This document shows positions 27,649-36,506 of a DNA stretch of 64,000 bases, piece after piece. How positions within the stretch are numbered: position 1 is the first letter of the stretch; every line of letters starts with the position of its first letter. Made by a program: the position numbers and the translations under genes. Origin of the DNA: Gemmatimonadota bacterium (GTDB taxonomy: Bacteria > Gemmatimonadota > Gemmatimonadetes > Palauibacterales > Palauibacteraceae); NCBI GenBank assembly GCA_022820995.1, contig JAJEEM010000044.1, forward strand, positions 2,027-66,026. Direction: 5' to 3'. A model generated the notes under the pieces. It was not told the DNA's origin and ran no database searches. It saw only the letters and a program-made list of their open reading frames with translations.

Positions 27649-28428
27649 TCAGCGGTCGCGCGTCGTGATCACGAGAGCGCCGATGTAGCCGTCGCCCCCG
27701 TAGCGCGCGGAAGCTTCGGTCCGCGACAGGATCTCGATCCGGCTCACCTCGTCGATCGACAGCTCGCGAATCGCGTTCACGCCATCGCCTTCGCGCCTCT
27801 CGTTGATGCGAACCTCCATCGCCTGCTCCCGGAAGGATCCCCATGAGCTCAACGTCACCGACGTGAGGAGGATGACCTCGCCGAGCGTGCTCATGCGGTC
27901 GAATTTCAGGAGCGAGTGTTGGCGCAGAAGCTCGTACACGCTCATCTCGGGAAGATCCACCAGATCCTCGGCCCGGATGACCTCGGAGCCCAGGACCCGG
28001 CTCCGGCTGCCCCCTCCGGCCAGGGATCCGACCTCCTCCCTCCGGGGGTCCGCGGTCAGGGAGAGGGAGAGATCCTGCTGCGCCAGCGTGACCGTGGTGG
28101 TGTACGGGACGGCTTCGCCTCGCCGATCCCCGAAGATGGCCCGCAACGAGACCTCAATGTCCTGCGGCAATCCGCAGATGGCGTAGAGACCCTCCATGCC
28201 GACCTCGGCTTCGACGCGTTGGCGGGCGTCGAACTGCACCCAGCTCGCCGCCACGGTCGCCCCGGGCACGATCGTCGCCGCTTCGGGGTCCGTCACGTAA
28301 CCCACGACGGCCGCTTCCGTCTCGGGGTCCCCGCCGGGGCAGAAATCGGCGAACGACTGGGCGGCCGCGGAGTTCGCGACCACGAGCATCAGCGCCGGCG
28401 CCGAAAGGCGTACAAACGAGTGCGGCAT
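27649..28428 (-). CDS. Secreted protein comprising only a TonB-receptor N-terminus (carboxypeptidase-regulatory-like domain + plug), copy 1
   Basis: 259 aa with a signal peptide and a VVGYVTDPEA...GATVAASWVQ beta-sandwich region. It then has the plug-like stretch EVIRAEDLVDLPEMSVYELL...ARYGGDGYIGALVITTRDR. No barrel follows. Confidence 0.55.
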   Translation of the reverse strand: MPHSFVRLSAPALMLVVANSAAAQSFADFCPGGDPETEAAVVGYVTDPEAATIVPGATVAASWVQFDARQRVEAEVGMEGLYAICGLPQDIEVSLRAIFGDRRGEAVPYTTTVTLAQQDLSLSLTADPRREEVGSLAGGGSRSRVLGSEVIRAEDLVDLPEMSVYELLRQHSLLKFDRMSTLGEVILLTSVTLSSWGSFREQAMEVRINERREGDGVNAIRELSIDEVSRIEILSRTEASARYGGDGYIGALVITTRDR

Positions 28429-28454
28429 GTCGACTGCTCTCCCTCCGAAGCCGG

Positions 28455-29234
28455 CTAGCGGCCTCGCGTTGTAATCGCGATCGCTCCGACGAAACCGTCT
28501 CCGCCGTAGCGCGCGGAAGCTTCGGTACGCGTCAGGATCTCGATCCGGCTGACGTCATCGATCGACAGGTCGCGGATCGCCGCAACGCCGTCCACCTCCC
28601 GCCGCTCGTTGATTCTCACCTGCACGGACTGCAGGCGACCGGCGCGGAGGCTCGATGTCGCGGAGGTGAGGAGGATGACCTCGCCCAGCGTGCTCATGCG
28701 GTCGAACCTGAGAAGCTGGTGCCGGCGCAGCAGTTCGTACACGCTCATCTCGGGCAGATGAAGGAGATCCTCCGCGCGGATGACTTCAGAGCTGAACGCC
28801 TGGCCCCTGCCGCCGCCGGCGGCCAGCGATCCGACCTCCTCGCGCGTCTCGGGTTCGCCGGTAAGCGAAATGAAGAGATCCGCCTGGGCCAGCGGGGCGG
28901 ACGTCGCGTAGGGAACGGCCTCTCCGCGCCGGTCTCCGAGGAGGGCCCGCAGCGTGACTTCCGTGTCCTGCGGCAGCCCGCAAAGCGCATAGAGACCCTG
29001 AATGTCCGTCTGCACCTCGATTCGCCGGCGCTCGTCGTCCTGCACCCAGCTTGCGGCCACGGTCGCGCCGGGTACGACCGTCTCCGCCTCCGGATCCGTC
29101 ACATAGCCCACCACGGCCGCCTGCGTCGCTTCGTCGCCGCCGGGACAGAAGTCGGCGAACGACTGGGCCGCGGAGGTATTCGCGATGACCAGAAACAGGA
29201 CAGGCCCCGTAAGGCGCACGATCGAGTGCCGCAT
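28455..29234 (-). CDS. Same architecture as above, copy 2 (tandem paralog, about 70% identical)
   Basis: 259 aa. It starts MRHSIVRL where copy 1 starts MPHSFVRL. The shared AAQSFADFCPGGD and plug-like C-terminus are present. Confidence 0.55.
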   Translation of the reverse strand: MRHSIVRLTGPVLFLVIANTSAAQSFADFCPGGDEATQAAVVGYVTDPEAETVVPGATVAASWVQDDERRRIEVQTDIQGLYALCGLPQDTEVTLRALLGDRRGEAVPYATSAPLAQADLFISLTGEPETREEVGSLAAGGGRGQAFSSEVIRAEDLLHLPEMSVYELLRRHQLLRFDRMSTLGEVILLTSATSSLRAGRLQSVQVRINERREVDGVAAIRDLSIDDVSRIEILTRTEASARYGGDGFVGAIAITTRGR

Positions 29235-29453
29235 GTCGATCCCTCTCGTCTGCGTTGGTTCTTCCCGGCTGTAGCACGCGTGTGCGGGCACGGCGCCGAT
29301 GGGTGTCGCGGTGCGAGCGACCCACCGACCTTTTAGGATACTCCCCGGCCGATTTGCGTTTAGTCCGGGGCCCCTCGGGAAGTCGACGACCCCGACCTCT
29401 CCTGTACCCCGCAACATGCCGCGGGTGCCGTCCCGGGCGTTACGGAGGAGCCG

Positions 29454-30827
29454 CTGAGCAAGATCGACAGACGAGACTTCGTGCGCCGCGCCGGGTGCTG
29501 GGCGGGGGCCGCGGCGCTCGCGCCTTCGCTCTCGGGTCTCGCCGCGTGTGCCCGACCCGCAACCGCGTCCACGGCCAGGTCGGATCGCGGATCCGCGGGA
29601 TACGGACCGCTGCGCCCGGCAGGGCCGGAGCTCGCCCTCCCCGAGGGGTTTTCCTACGCCGTTTTCGGCGTGGAAGGCCGGCCGATGTCGGACGGTCGGC
29701 CCACGCCCCGCGCGCACGACGGAATGGGACTCTTCCCGGTGAGCGACGATGTCGTCCGCCTGGTGCGAAACCATGAAGATCAGGACCCTCCCGGCGTCGC
29801 GGTTCCGCTGGTCCCCCCCGAACTGGCGTACGATCCCCTCGCGGGCGGGGGCACGACGACGCTGGAAGTCCGGATCGAGGCGGACGGGCGTCCCGTCCTC
29901 CTGCGGGATTTCGTGAGCGCGGGAGGCACGCTGATCAACTGCGCGGGGGGGACGACGCCGTGGCGCAGCTGGCTGACGTGCGAGGAAACGACCTTCGGAC
30001 CTGGGCGCGGCTGGACGGTGCCCCACGGGTATGTGTTCGAGGTTCCCGCCGATGCGGACGAACCGGTCCGGGCCGAACCGATACGGGACATGGGACGGTT
30101 CACGCACGAAGCCATCGCGGTGGACCCCGCGACGGGATTCGTCTACGAGACGGAAGACTACAATCGTCGCTCGGGGTTCTATCGCTTTCGCCCCCATACT
30201 CCCGGCGTCCTCCGGGACGGGGGCGTTCTGGAGATGCTCGCCGTGCGGGGGGCGCCGCAGGTGGATCTCCGCACCGGGCAGCAGCCGGGGGCGTGGCGTG
30301 AGGTCGAATGGGTGCCGATCGAGAACCCCGACCCGCCCGAAGCCGAGCGCAGCGCGTCCACGGTGTGGCGGGAGGGATTCGAGGCGGGCGGGGCCCGGTT
30401 CTCCCGGCTCGAGGGCTGCTGGTACGGGGACCGGAGCATCTATTTCCACGCGACGAACGGGGGCGACGCCCAGCTGGGCCAGGTCTGGCGGTACGTACCG
30501 GAGGAAGAGGCGCTCGCGCTCGTCTTCGAGTCGCCGTCGGAGGATGTCCTCTCCGGTCCCGACAACCTCACGGTGAGTCCCCGGGGCGGGATCCTCATCT
30601 GCGAGGACAACTCCGGAGAAACGCACCTCCGGGGATTGGCGCCCGACGGGGAGATCTTCCCCTTCGCCCGAAATCTCCTGAACGTGCGCGAGTTCGCCGG
30701 CGCCTGCTTCACGCCCGACGGCCGGACGCTCTTCATCAACCTCCAGGGAGACACGGTCTCGATGGGCGCGGGGAATTTCGGCCAGACGTTCGCGATCTGG
30801 GGACCGTGGGAGCGGGGGCCGCTCTGA
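29454..30827 (+). CDS. Tat-secreted PhoX/DUF839-like beta-propeller protein (putative phosphatase)
   Basis: The twin-arginine motif DRRDFVRRAG precedes the first GTG (29481). The only in-frame start upstream of the RR is a CTG at 29454, 3 nt after a GGAGGAG SD. Confidence 0.6.
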   Translation: MSKIDRRDFVRRAGCWAGAAALAPSLSGLAACARPATASTARSDRGSAGYGPLRPAGPELALPEGFSYAVFGVEGRPMSDGRPTPRAHDGMGLFPVSDDVVRLVRNHEDQDPPGVAVPLVPPELAYDPLAGGGTTTLEVRIEADGRPVLLRDFVSAGGTLINCAGGTTPWRSWLTCEETTFGPGRGWTVPHGYVFEVPADADEPVRAEPIRDMGRFTHEAIAVDPATGFVYETEDYNRRSGFYRFRPHTPGVLRDGGVLEMLAVRGAPQVDLRTGQQPGAWREVEWVPIENPDPPEAERSASTVWREGFEAGGARFSRLEGCWYGDRSIYFHATNGGDAQLGQVWRYVPEEEALALVFESPSEDVLSGPDNLTVSPRGGILICEDNSGETHLRGLAPDGEIFPFARNLLNVREFAGACFTPDGRTLFINLQGDTVSMGAGNFGQTFAIWGPWERGPL

Positions 30828-30850
30828 GCCCGCGAAGGGCCGCGTTCGGC

Positions 30851-31513
30851 GTGGCCCTCGCCACCGCGCTCGCCGGCCAGGCCTGCGTGTGGTCCGTGCC
30901 GCTCGCGACCGCGCCGACCGCGCCGCCCAGCGACCCTTCGCTCTACGCCGTCGGCTGGACCCAGACCGGCATCGCTTCGTGGTACGGGGAGCCGTTCCAC
31001 GGTCGGACGACGGCGGCCGGGGGCACCTACGACATGGATGAAATATCGGCCGCCCACCAGACGATCCCGTTCGGCGCGTGGATCCGCGTGGACAACCTCG
31101 ACAACGGGCGCTCCATCGAACTCGACGTGAACGATCGCGGCCCCTTCGTGCGCGGGCGCATCCTGGACGTGTCCCGGGCCGCCGCGAGGGCGCTCGAAAT
31201 GATCGGCCCCGGCACGGCGCGCGTGCGGATTACGATCATCGAGGCGGCGAACGCGGTCTCCGCGCGCGGCGGCTGCGTCGTCGTCCAGGTCGCGGCCTAT
31301 CGGGAGCGCCGGAGCGCCGAGGCGAAGCGAGAGGCGGTCGCGCGGGCGGGGTTCGAAGCCTCGATCGAGCCGTACGGGAACATGTACCGCGTCGTGGCCG
31401 GTCCCTTCTCGGATGAGCCCGCAGTCAGCCGCGCACAGGAAACGCTGGGCGGGTTCATGCGCCGCTGCCGACGGTCCCGGGGGAGACCGGCGGACTGCCG
31501 GGACGTGACCTGA
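30851..31513 (+). CDS. rlpA: RlpA-like lipoprotein (DPBB domain + C-terminal SPOR domain)
   Basis: It has the DPBB motif GIASWYGEPFHGRTTAAGGTYDMDEISAAH. The C-terminal VVQVAAY...YRVVAGPF stretch is a SPOR-like repeat. It has a GTG start. Confidence 0.6.
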   Translation: MALATALAGQACVWSVPLATAPTAPPSDPSLYAVGWTQTGIASWYGEPFHGRTTAAGGTYDMDEISAAHQTIPFGAWIRVDNLDNGRSIELDVNDRGPFVRGRILDVSRAAARALEMIGPGTARVRITIIEAANAVSARGGCVVVQVAAYRERRSAEAKREAVARAGFEASIEPYGNMYRVVAGPFSDEPAVSRAQETLGGFMRRCRRSRGRPADCRDVT

Positions 31514-31680
31514 CTCGCGCTTCAGTCGTGCTAGTGTCGACACGGATCGCAATAGCGAAGGTCGGGTGCCTCGGGTAGCTTTCGACACCCCTGACTGCTT
31601 GCCGTCCGCGATGCGGCACGGCCCCCCGGGGCCCAGGAACCCGGGAAGGTCGAAAGCAGTGGTCTCCTGGTGGAGGTCGT

Positions 31681-34600
31681 ATGCTTCGAAGAACTCACGC
31701 GCTCGTCGCGCTGGCCGCTCTCGCGGCCTTCTCGGGTCCCGCCGCTGCCGCGCTGGAGGGGCAGGCCGGCCGGTATTTCGGCCGGAACAAGGTGGTCTAC
31801 GAGTCTTTCGACTTCGAGGTGCTCAAGACGCAGCACTTCGACATCTACTACTACGAGGAGAGCGCGGTCGGCGCGCAGATGGTGGGCCGCCTCGCCGAGC
31901 GCTGGTACGCCCGCCTCTCCCGGGTGCTCAACCACGAGTTCCGCCAGCGCCAGCCGATCATCCTCTACGCCGACCATCCGGATTTCGAGCAGACGAACAC
32001 GTCCGGCCAGTTCATCGACGAGGGCACGCAGGGCTTCACGGAGATCCTGAAGCGGCGGCTCGTCATGCCGATGATGGTGTCGCTCCACGAGACCGATCAC
32101 CTGCTCGGCCACGAACTCGTGCACGCCTTCCAGTTCGACATGACGGGGCAGGGGACGGGAGGCCCGGGGCTGGACGTGCCCGGCGCGATCCGGCTCCCGC
32201 TGTGGTTCATCGAAGGCATGGCCGAATACCTCTCGATCGGACCCATCGACCCGTTCACGACGATGTGGATGCGGGACGCCCTGGATCTGGAGGACGGGTT
32301 CCCGACGATTCCGGAACTCGCTGACAGGCGGTACTTCCCGTACCGCTACGGCCACGCCTTCTGGTCCTACATCGGCGGTGCGTTCGGGGACGACCGGATC
32401 GGCAGGATTCTCAATCTCGCCGCGCGCACGGGGAACGCGCTGGCGGCGATCGAAGCCGTTCTCGAGGTGCCGATCGGAGAGCTTTCGGATCGCTGGAAGA
32501 CCGAACTCGAGACCTATTTCGCGGACGCGCGCCAGGAGACCCGATCCCCCGACGACTACGGGCGGCGCGTCGTCTACGAGCCTCCCGATGAGGGGAAGCT
32601 CCACCTTGGCCCGGCGCTGAGTCCCAACGGCCTGGACATGGTCTACGTTTCGCAGAGCGACCTCTTCTCCATCGAGATGTTCGGGGCCGACGCACGCACC
32701 GGAGAGGTGAAGCGCCGCCTCACGAACAACGCGGTCGACCCGCACTTCGAGAGCCTCCAGTTCATCCACTCGGCCGGGGACTGGCACCCGAACGGCCGGC
32801 TCTTCGCGGTCGCCGGCATCAAGACGGGCAATCCGCTGCTCACGATCATGGAGGCGGAGAGCGGAAACATCGTCAGGGAGATCCCGGTCGAGGGATTTCA
32901 GCTGGGCGCGATCTTCACGCCGAGCTGGTCGCCGGACGGGTCGCACATCGCGTTCAGCGGCCACTCCGCCGGATTCACGGACCTGTATGTGATCAACGTC
33001 GAAACCGGGCAGCTGAGGCGGCTCACGGAGGACCCGTTCGCCGACCTCCAGCCCGCCTGGTCGCCCGATGGCCGGTCGGTGGCGTTCGCGACGGACCGCT
33101 TCACGACCGATCTGGAGCTGCTCGTCCCCGGGACCTACCAGATCGCGCTGGTGGACCTGGAGAGCGGGGAGATCGAGCCGCTGCCGGGCTTCGACGACCA
33201 GTTCAGGAACTACAATCCGCAGTGGTCGCCGGACGGCCGCAGCGTGTACTTCGTGTCGGACCACGACGGGATCGCCAATCTCTACCGGCTCGACCTCGAG
33301 ACGCGGGAGCGGTACCTGGTCACCGACCTGTGGACCGGAGTGAGCGGACTCACGGCCATCAGCCCGGCCGTGTCCGTGGCCCGCGCCACCGGCGATGTCG
33401 CGTTCAGCGTGAACAAGGGCGGGCCGTTCAGCTACGAGATCTACGTGATCGACGATCCGGAGGTCCTGGCGGGGGAGCCGGCGCCGGAGATGCTCGTGGG
33501 CGTTGACGCCTCGATCATCCCGCCGCGGGAACGGATGTCGACCACGCACGCGGAACTGCTCTCCAACGCCCGCCTCGGCCTGGCCGACCCGATCACCTTC
33601 GAAGAGGGCGAGTTCCAGTCGCGGCTGTCCCTCGACTTCATCTCGCAGCCCACCATCGCCTTCGGGGCGAGTGATTTCGGGGTCTTCTTCGCGGGCGGCG
33701 CGAGCCTCTTCTTCTCGGACCTGCTCGGAAACCGCACGCTGCAGACCATCCTGAACGTCAATACGACCTTCGGGAACCTGGTTCAGGGGACGGCGCTCCT
33801 CGCCGGCTACGAGAACCGGTCCAGCCGCTGGAACTGGGCGATGATCGGAGGCCAGGTGCCGCTGGTCACGCGCCAGATCGGATTCCAGTCGGTTCAGGCC
33901 GGGGGCAGGTACGTAAACGCTTTTCAGGACTTCCGCTGGTTCGAGGTCAACCGGGAGCTGACCGGAATCGTCGCCTATCCCTTCAACCGGAACTCGCGGG
34001 TCGAATTCTCCGCCTCGGCGCGCCAGATCGACTTCTCCGGCGAGATCGAGGAGTTCGGGTTCGACGCCTTCACGGGTCAGCTGCTGTTCCAGGAGGAAAC
34101 GGATCTGCCGGATTGCGCGGGAGAGATCGTGTCGTTCGGGGAGGAGCCCTGCGCCTTCGAGTCGCTGTACACGGCGAGCGGAAGCGCGGCCCTCGTATAC
34201 GACAGCTCGATTTTTGGCGGCACGAGTCCGATCGCCGGGCAGCGCTACCGTCTGGAAGTGGAGCCGGCGTTTGGAACCCTCAACTTCCTCACGGTCACCG
34301 GCGACGTTCGGCAATATGTTCGCGCCGGGCCCTTCACGGTCGCCGGACGCGCCCTCCACTTCGGCCGTTGGGGCGGCGGAGCTGACGATCCGCGCCTGGG
34401 CCGACTCTACCTCGGGGTGCCATCCCTCGTTCGCGGATACGACAACCGGTCCATCGATGTCGTCGAGTGCACGAGCTCGGGTCAGGCCGCGTTCTTCAAC
34501 TGTCCTCTCATCGCGAACCTCATCGGCAACCGCGTGGCGGTAGGCAACGTGGAGCTGCGGCTTCCCCTCCTGGGCGGGATCGGCGTGATCCGGGCCGCGG

Positions 34601-34842
34601 GCGTGCCCCCGGTCGAAGTCGGCCTCTTCTATGACATGGGCAAGGCGTGGTCGGGGGAAACGCCCCTGAACTGCCCGGATGGAAACTGCTCGTTCGAGGA
34701 TCGGAACTGGGTGTCGAGCGCCGGCCTTCTTGCACGGGTCAACCTCTTCGGCCTCATGATCGGCGAACTCAACTTCGTGCGGCCGTTCGATCGTCCCGAC
34801 AAGGGCTGGATCTGGCAGTTCAATCTGACGCCCGGATTCTGA
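31681..34842 (+). CDS. Large outer-membrane protein: HExxH metallopeptidase-like N-terminus + TolB/PD40-like beta-propeller + C-terminal beta-barrel
   Basis: 1053 aa with a signal peptide, HELVHAF and repeated WSPDG(S/R) PD40 blades. The C-terminal residue is Phe (...NLTPGF), which is typical of OM barrels. Confidence 0.6.
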   Translation: MLRRTHALVALAALAAFSGPAAAALEGQAGRYFGRNKVVYESFDFEVLKTQHFDIYYYEESAVGAQMVGRLAERWYARLSRVLNHEFRQRQPIILYADHPDFEQTNTSGQFIDEGTQGFTEILKRRLVMPMMVSLHETDHLLGHELVHAFQFDMTGQGTGGPGLDVPGAIRLPLWFIEGMAEYLSIGPIDPFTTMWMRDALDLEDGFPTIPELADRRYFPYRYGHAFWSYIGGAFGDDRIGRILNLAARTGNALAAIEAVLEVPIGELSDRWKTELETYFADARQETRSPDDYGRRVVYEPPDEGKLHLGPALSPNGLDMVYVSQSDLFSIEMFGADARTGEVKRRLTNNAVDPHFESLQFIHSAGDWHPNGRLFAVAGIKTGNPLLTIMEAESGNIVREIPVEGFQLGAIFTPSWSPDGSHIAFSGHSAGFTDLYVINVETGQLRRLTEDPFADLQPAWSPDGRSVAFATDRFTTDLELLVPGTYQIALVDLESGEIEPLPGFDDQFRNYNPQWSPDGRSVYFVSDHDGIANLYRLDLETRERYLVTDLWTGVSGLTAISPAVSVARATGDVAFSVNKGGPFSYEIYVIDDPEVLAGEPAPEMLVGVDASIIPPRERMSTTHAELLSNARLGLADPITFEEGEFQSRLSLDFISQPTIAFGASDFGVFFAGGASLFFSDLLGNRTLQTILNVNTTFGNLVQGTALLAGYENRSSRWNWAMIGGQVPLVTRQIGFQSVQAGGRYVNAFQDFRWFEVNRELTGIVAYPFNRNSRVEFSASARQIDFSGEIEEFGFDAFTGQLLFQEETDLPDCAGEIVSFGEEPCAFESLYTASGSAALVYDSSIFGGTSPIAGQRYRLEVEPAFGTLNFLTVTGDVRQYVRAGPFTVAGRALHFGRWGGGADDPRLGRLYLGVPSLVRGYDNRSIDVVECTSSGQAAFFNCPLIANLIGNRVAVGNVELRLPLLGGIGVIRAAGVPPVEVGLFYDMGKAWSGETPLNCPDGNCSFEDRNWVSSAGLLARVNLFGLMIGELNFVRPFDRPDKGWIWQFNLTPGF

Positions 34843-34876
34843 CGGCGGTGGCGGCGGTCGCCGCGCAGAGCGGTTC

Positions 34877-35227
34877 ATGGCCCTGATCCGCAGCTGGCTG
34901 ATCAACGCCGCGGCGCTGTACGCGACGGCGCGGCTCCTGGCCGGGGTCCGGGTCGACAGTCCGGAAGCGCTCATCGGAGGGGCGCTCGCGATCGGCCTCG
35001 TCAACGCGGTCGTGCGGCCGATCCTGCGCGTCGTGACCTTTCCGATCACGGTCCTGACGCTGGGACTGTTCTACTTCGTCCTCAACGGCCTGATGTTCCA
35101 ACTCGCCGCCTCGCTGATCCCGGGGTTCGAACTCGACGGCCTCGTGGCTGCGGTCGGCGGCGCGCTCGTGATGTCGATCGTCGCGACCGTGCTGCACGTC
35201 TTCCTGAAGCCGCGCAGGAAGAAGTAG
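34877..35227 (+). CDS. DUF360 (phage-holin-4-like) small membrane protein
   Basis: 116 aa, four predicted TM segments and an ...RPIL...LNGL... pattern. Confidence 0.5.
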   Translation: MALIRSWLINAAALYATARLLAGVRVDSPEALIGGALAIGLVNAVVRPILRVVTFPITVLTLGLFYFVLNGLMFQLAASLIPGFELDGLVAAVGGALVMSIVATVLHVFLKPRRKK

Positions 35228-35272
35228 CCGAAGGCGGCGTTGAACGTCGTCGGGAGGCGTTGGGCGTGTACG

Positions 35273-35869
35273 CTAGGCGTAGTAGGGATTGCTGCCGGCG
35301 GCGTGGTCGGTGACGTCCTGCACGTCGACGATCTCCGGAGCCGCGTCCCGGATCATCTGCTTGATCCCCTGCGTGAGCGTCACGGAGGCCATGCCGCAGC
35401 CCTGGCAGCCGCCGCCCATGGTCACGTAGACGACGTTGTCGCGGATGTCGACGAGACGCACGGTCCCGCCGTGCGACGCGACCCCCGGGTTGATCTGCTC
35501 GTCGATGACGCGGCGTACGCGGTCGACGAGAGGTCCGTCCAGCGGCTTGGCGCCCAGCGGCTGGATGTTGGGGTTGTTGAAATGAAAGCCCGAGCCCTGG
35601 AGCGACTCCACCCAGTCGATGCGGGTGCCGGAGAGAATGTCCGCGCTCTTCGAATCGACGACGACTTCGAAGCCGGGGGCGTCGAAGGACCGGTCCTCCG
35701 CTTCCCGCTCGAAGGGTTCGATGAGCGCCATCTCGTATTCCGGCGCGATGGGGCTCGCGTTCTGGACGCTGACGCGCACGGCGAGACCCTCCGCGGGGTC
35801 CTCGTCGATGAACGATCGGATCCGCTCGCTGGCGGCGTCGGTGAATGTCAAAAGATCCTTGTCGGACAC
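35273..35869 (-). CDS. nfuA: Fe-S cluster biogenesis protein NfuA
   Basis: 198 aa with an IscA-like N-terminal half and an Nfu C-terminal half (GGCQGCGMA). Confidence 0.8.
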   Translation of the reverse strand: MSDKDLLTFTDAASERIRSFIDEDPAEGLAVRVSVQNASPIAPEYEMALIEPFEREAEDRSFDAPGFEVVVDSKSADILSGTRIDWVESLQGSGFHFNNPNIQPLGAKPLDGPLVDRVRRVIDEQINPGVASHGGTVRLVDIRDNVVYVTMGGGCQGCGMASVTLTQGIKQMIRDAAPEIVDVQDVTDHAAGSNPYYA

Positions 35870-35921
35870 GTCTTCTTCTCCCGATGATTGCCGATGAAGT
35901 CGGCGTGGGGTCAGGCGTTCG

Positions 35922-36497
35922 TCAGGAAGCCGAACCGTTGGCGGCCACCGCCGCCCTGAGATCGCTCGCCGTATAGAGTACCATCGTCCGCAGACCCGCC
36001 CCCTCGAGCGTGGCCTTTCCCCCCTCCTCGCGGTCCACGAGGCCGAGCACGCCGAGCACCTCGCCGCGCGCGCGATTCACCGCCTCGACCGCCTGGAAGG
36101 CGGACCCGCCGGTCGTGATCACGTCCTCGACGACGACGACCCGGGCGCCCGGCTCGAAGCAGCCCTCGATCAACTGTCCCTTGCCGTGTCGCTTGGCGCG
36201 CTTGCGGACCGAGAACGCGTGGATCGGGTCCCCCGCGCGCCAACTGGCGGCGGCGATGGCGTAGGCCAGCGGATCGGCGCCCATCGTGAGGCCGCCGACC
36301 GCATCCGGCCGAAGCCCGGCGTCGCGGATGGCCGCGAGACCGACCTCGCCCATCAGCACCTGTCCGTGTGCGTGCATGGTCGAGGTCCGGCAGTCGATGT
36401 AGTAGTCGCTCCGGGCGCCGGAGGCGAGCACGAAGTCTCCGAGCCGGAACGAGCGCTCGGCGAGCAGGTTCAGAAGTCTCGAATGGGCGGAACTCAG
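35922..36497 (-). CDS. pyrE: Orotate phosphoribosyltransferase
   Basis: It has the PRTase motif VVVVEDVITTGGS. An N-terminus with conserved length (17 aa before FRLGDF) requires a CTG start at 36497, 5 nt after an AGGAGG SD that overlaps the fur TAG. Confidence 0.75.
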   Translation of the reverse strand: MSSAHSRLLNLLAERSFRLGDFVLASGARSDYYIDCRTSTMHAHGQVLMGEVGLAAIRDAGLRPDAVGGLTMGADPLAYAIAAASWRAGDPIHAFSVRKRAKRHGKGQLIEGCFEPGARVVVVEDVITTGGSAFQAVEAVNRARGEVLGVLGLVDREEGGKATLEGAGLRTMVLYTASDLRAAVAANGSAS

Positions 36498-36506
36498 CGG
36501 AGCCTC

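Noticed and set aside
31531-35049. 1172-aa minus-strand ORF antisense to the large OMP gene
   Set aside because: It is antisense to a gene with clear signal peptide, HExxH and PD40 motifs, and its product is low complexity.
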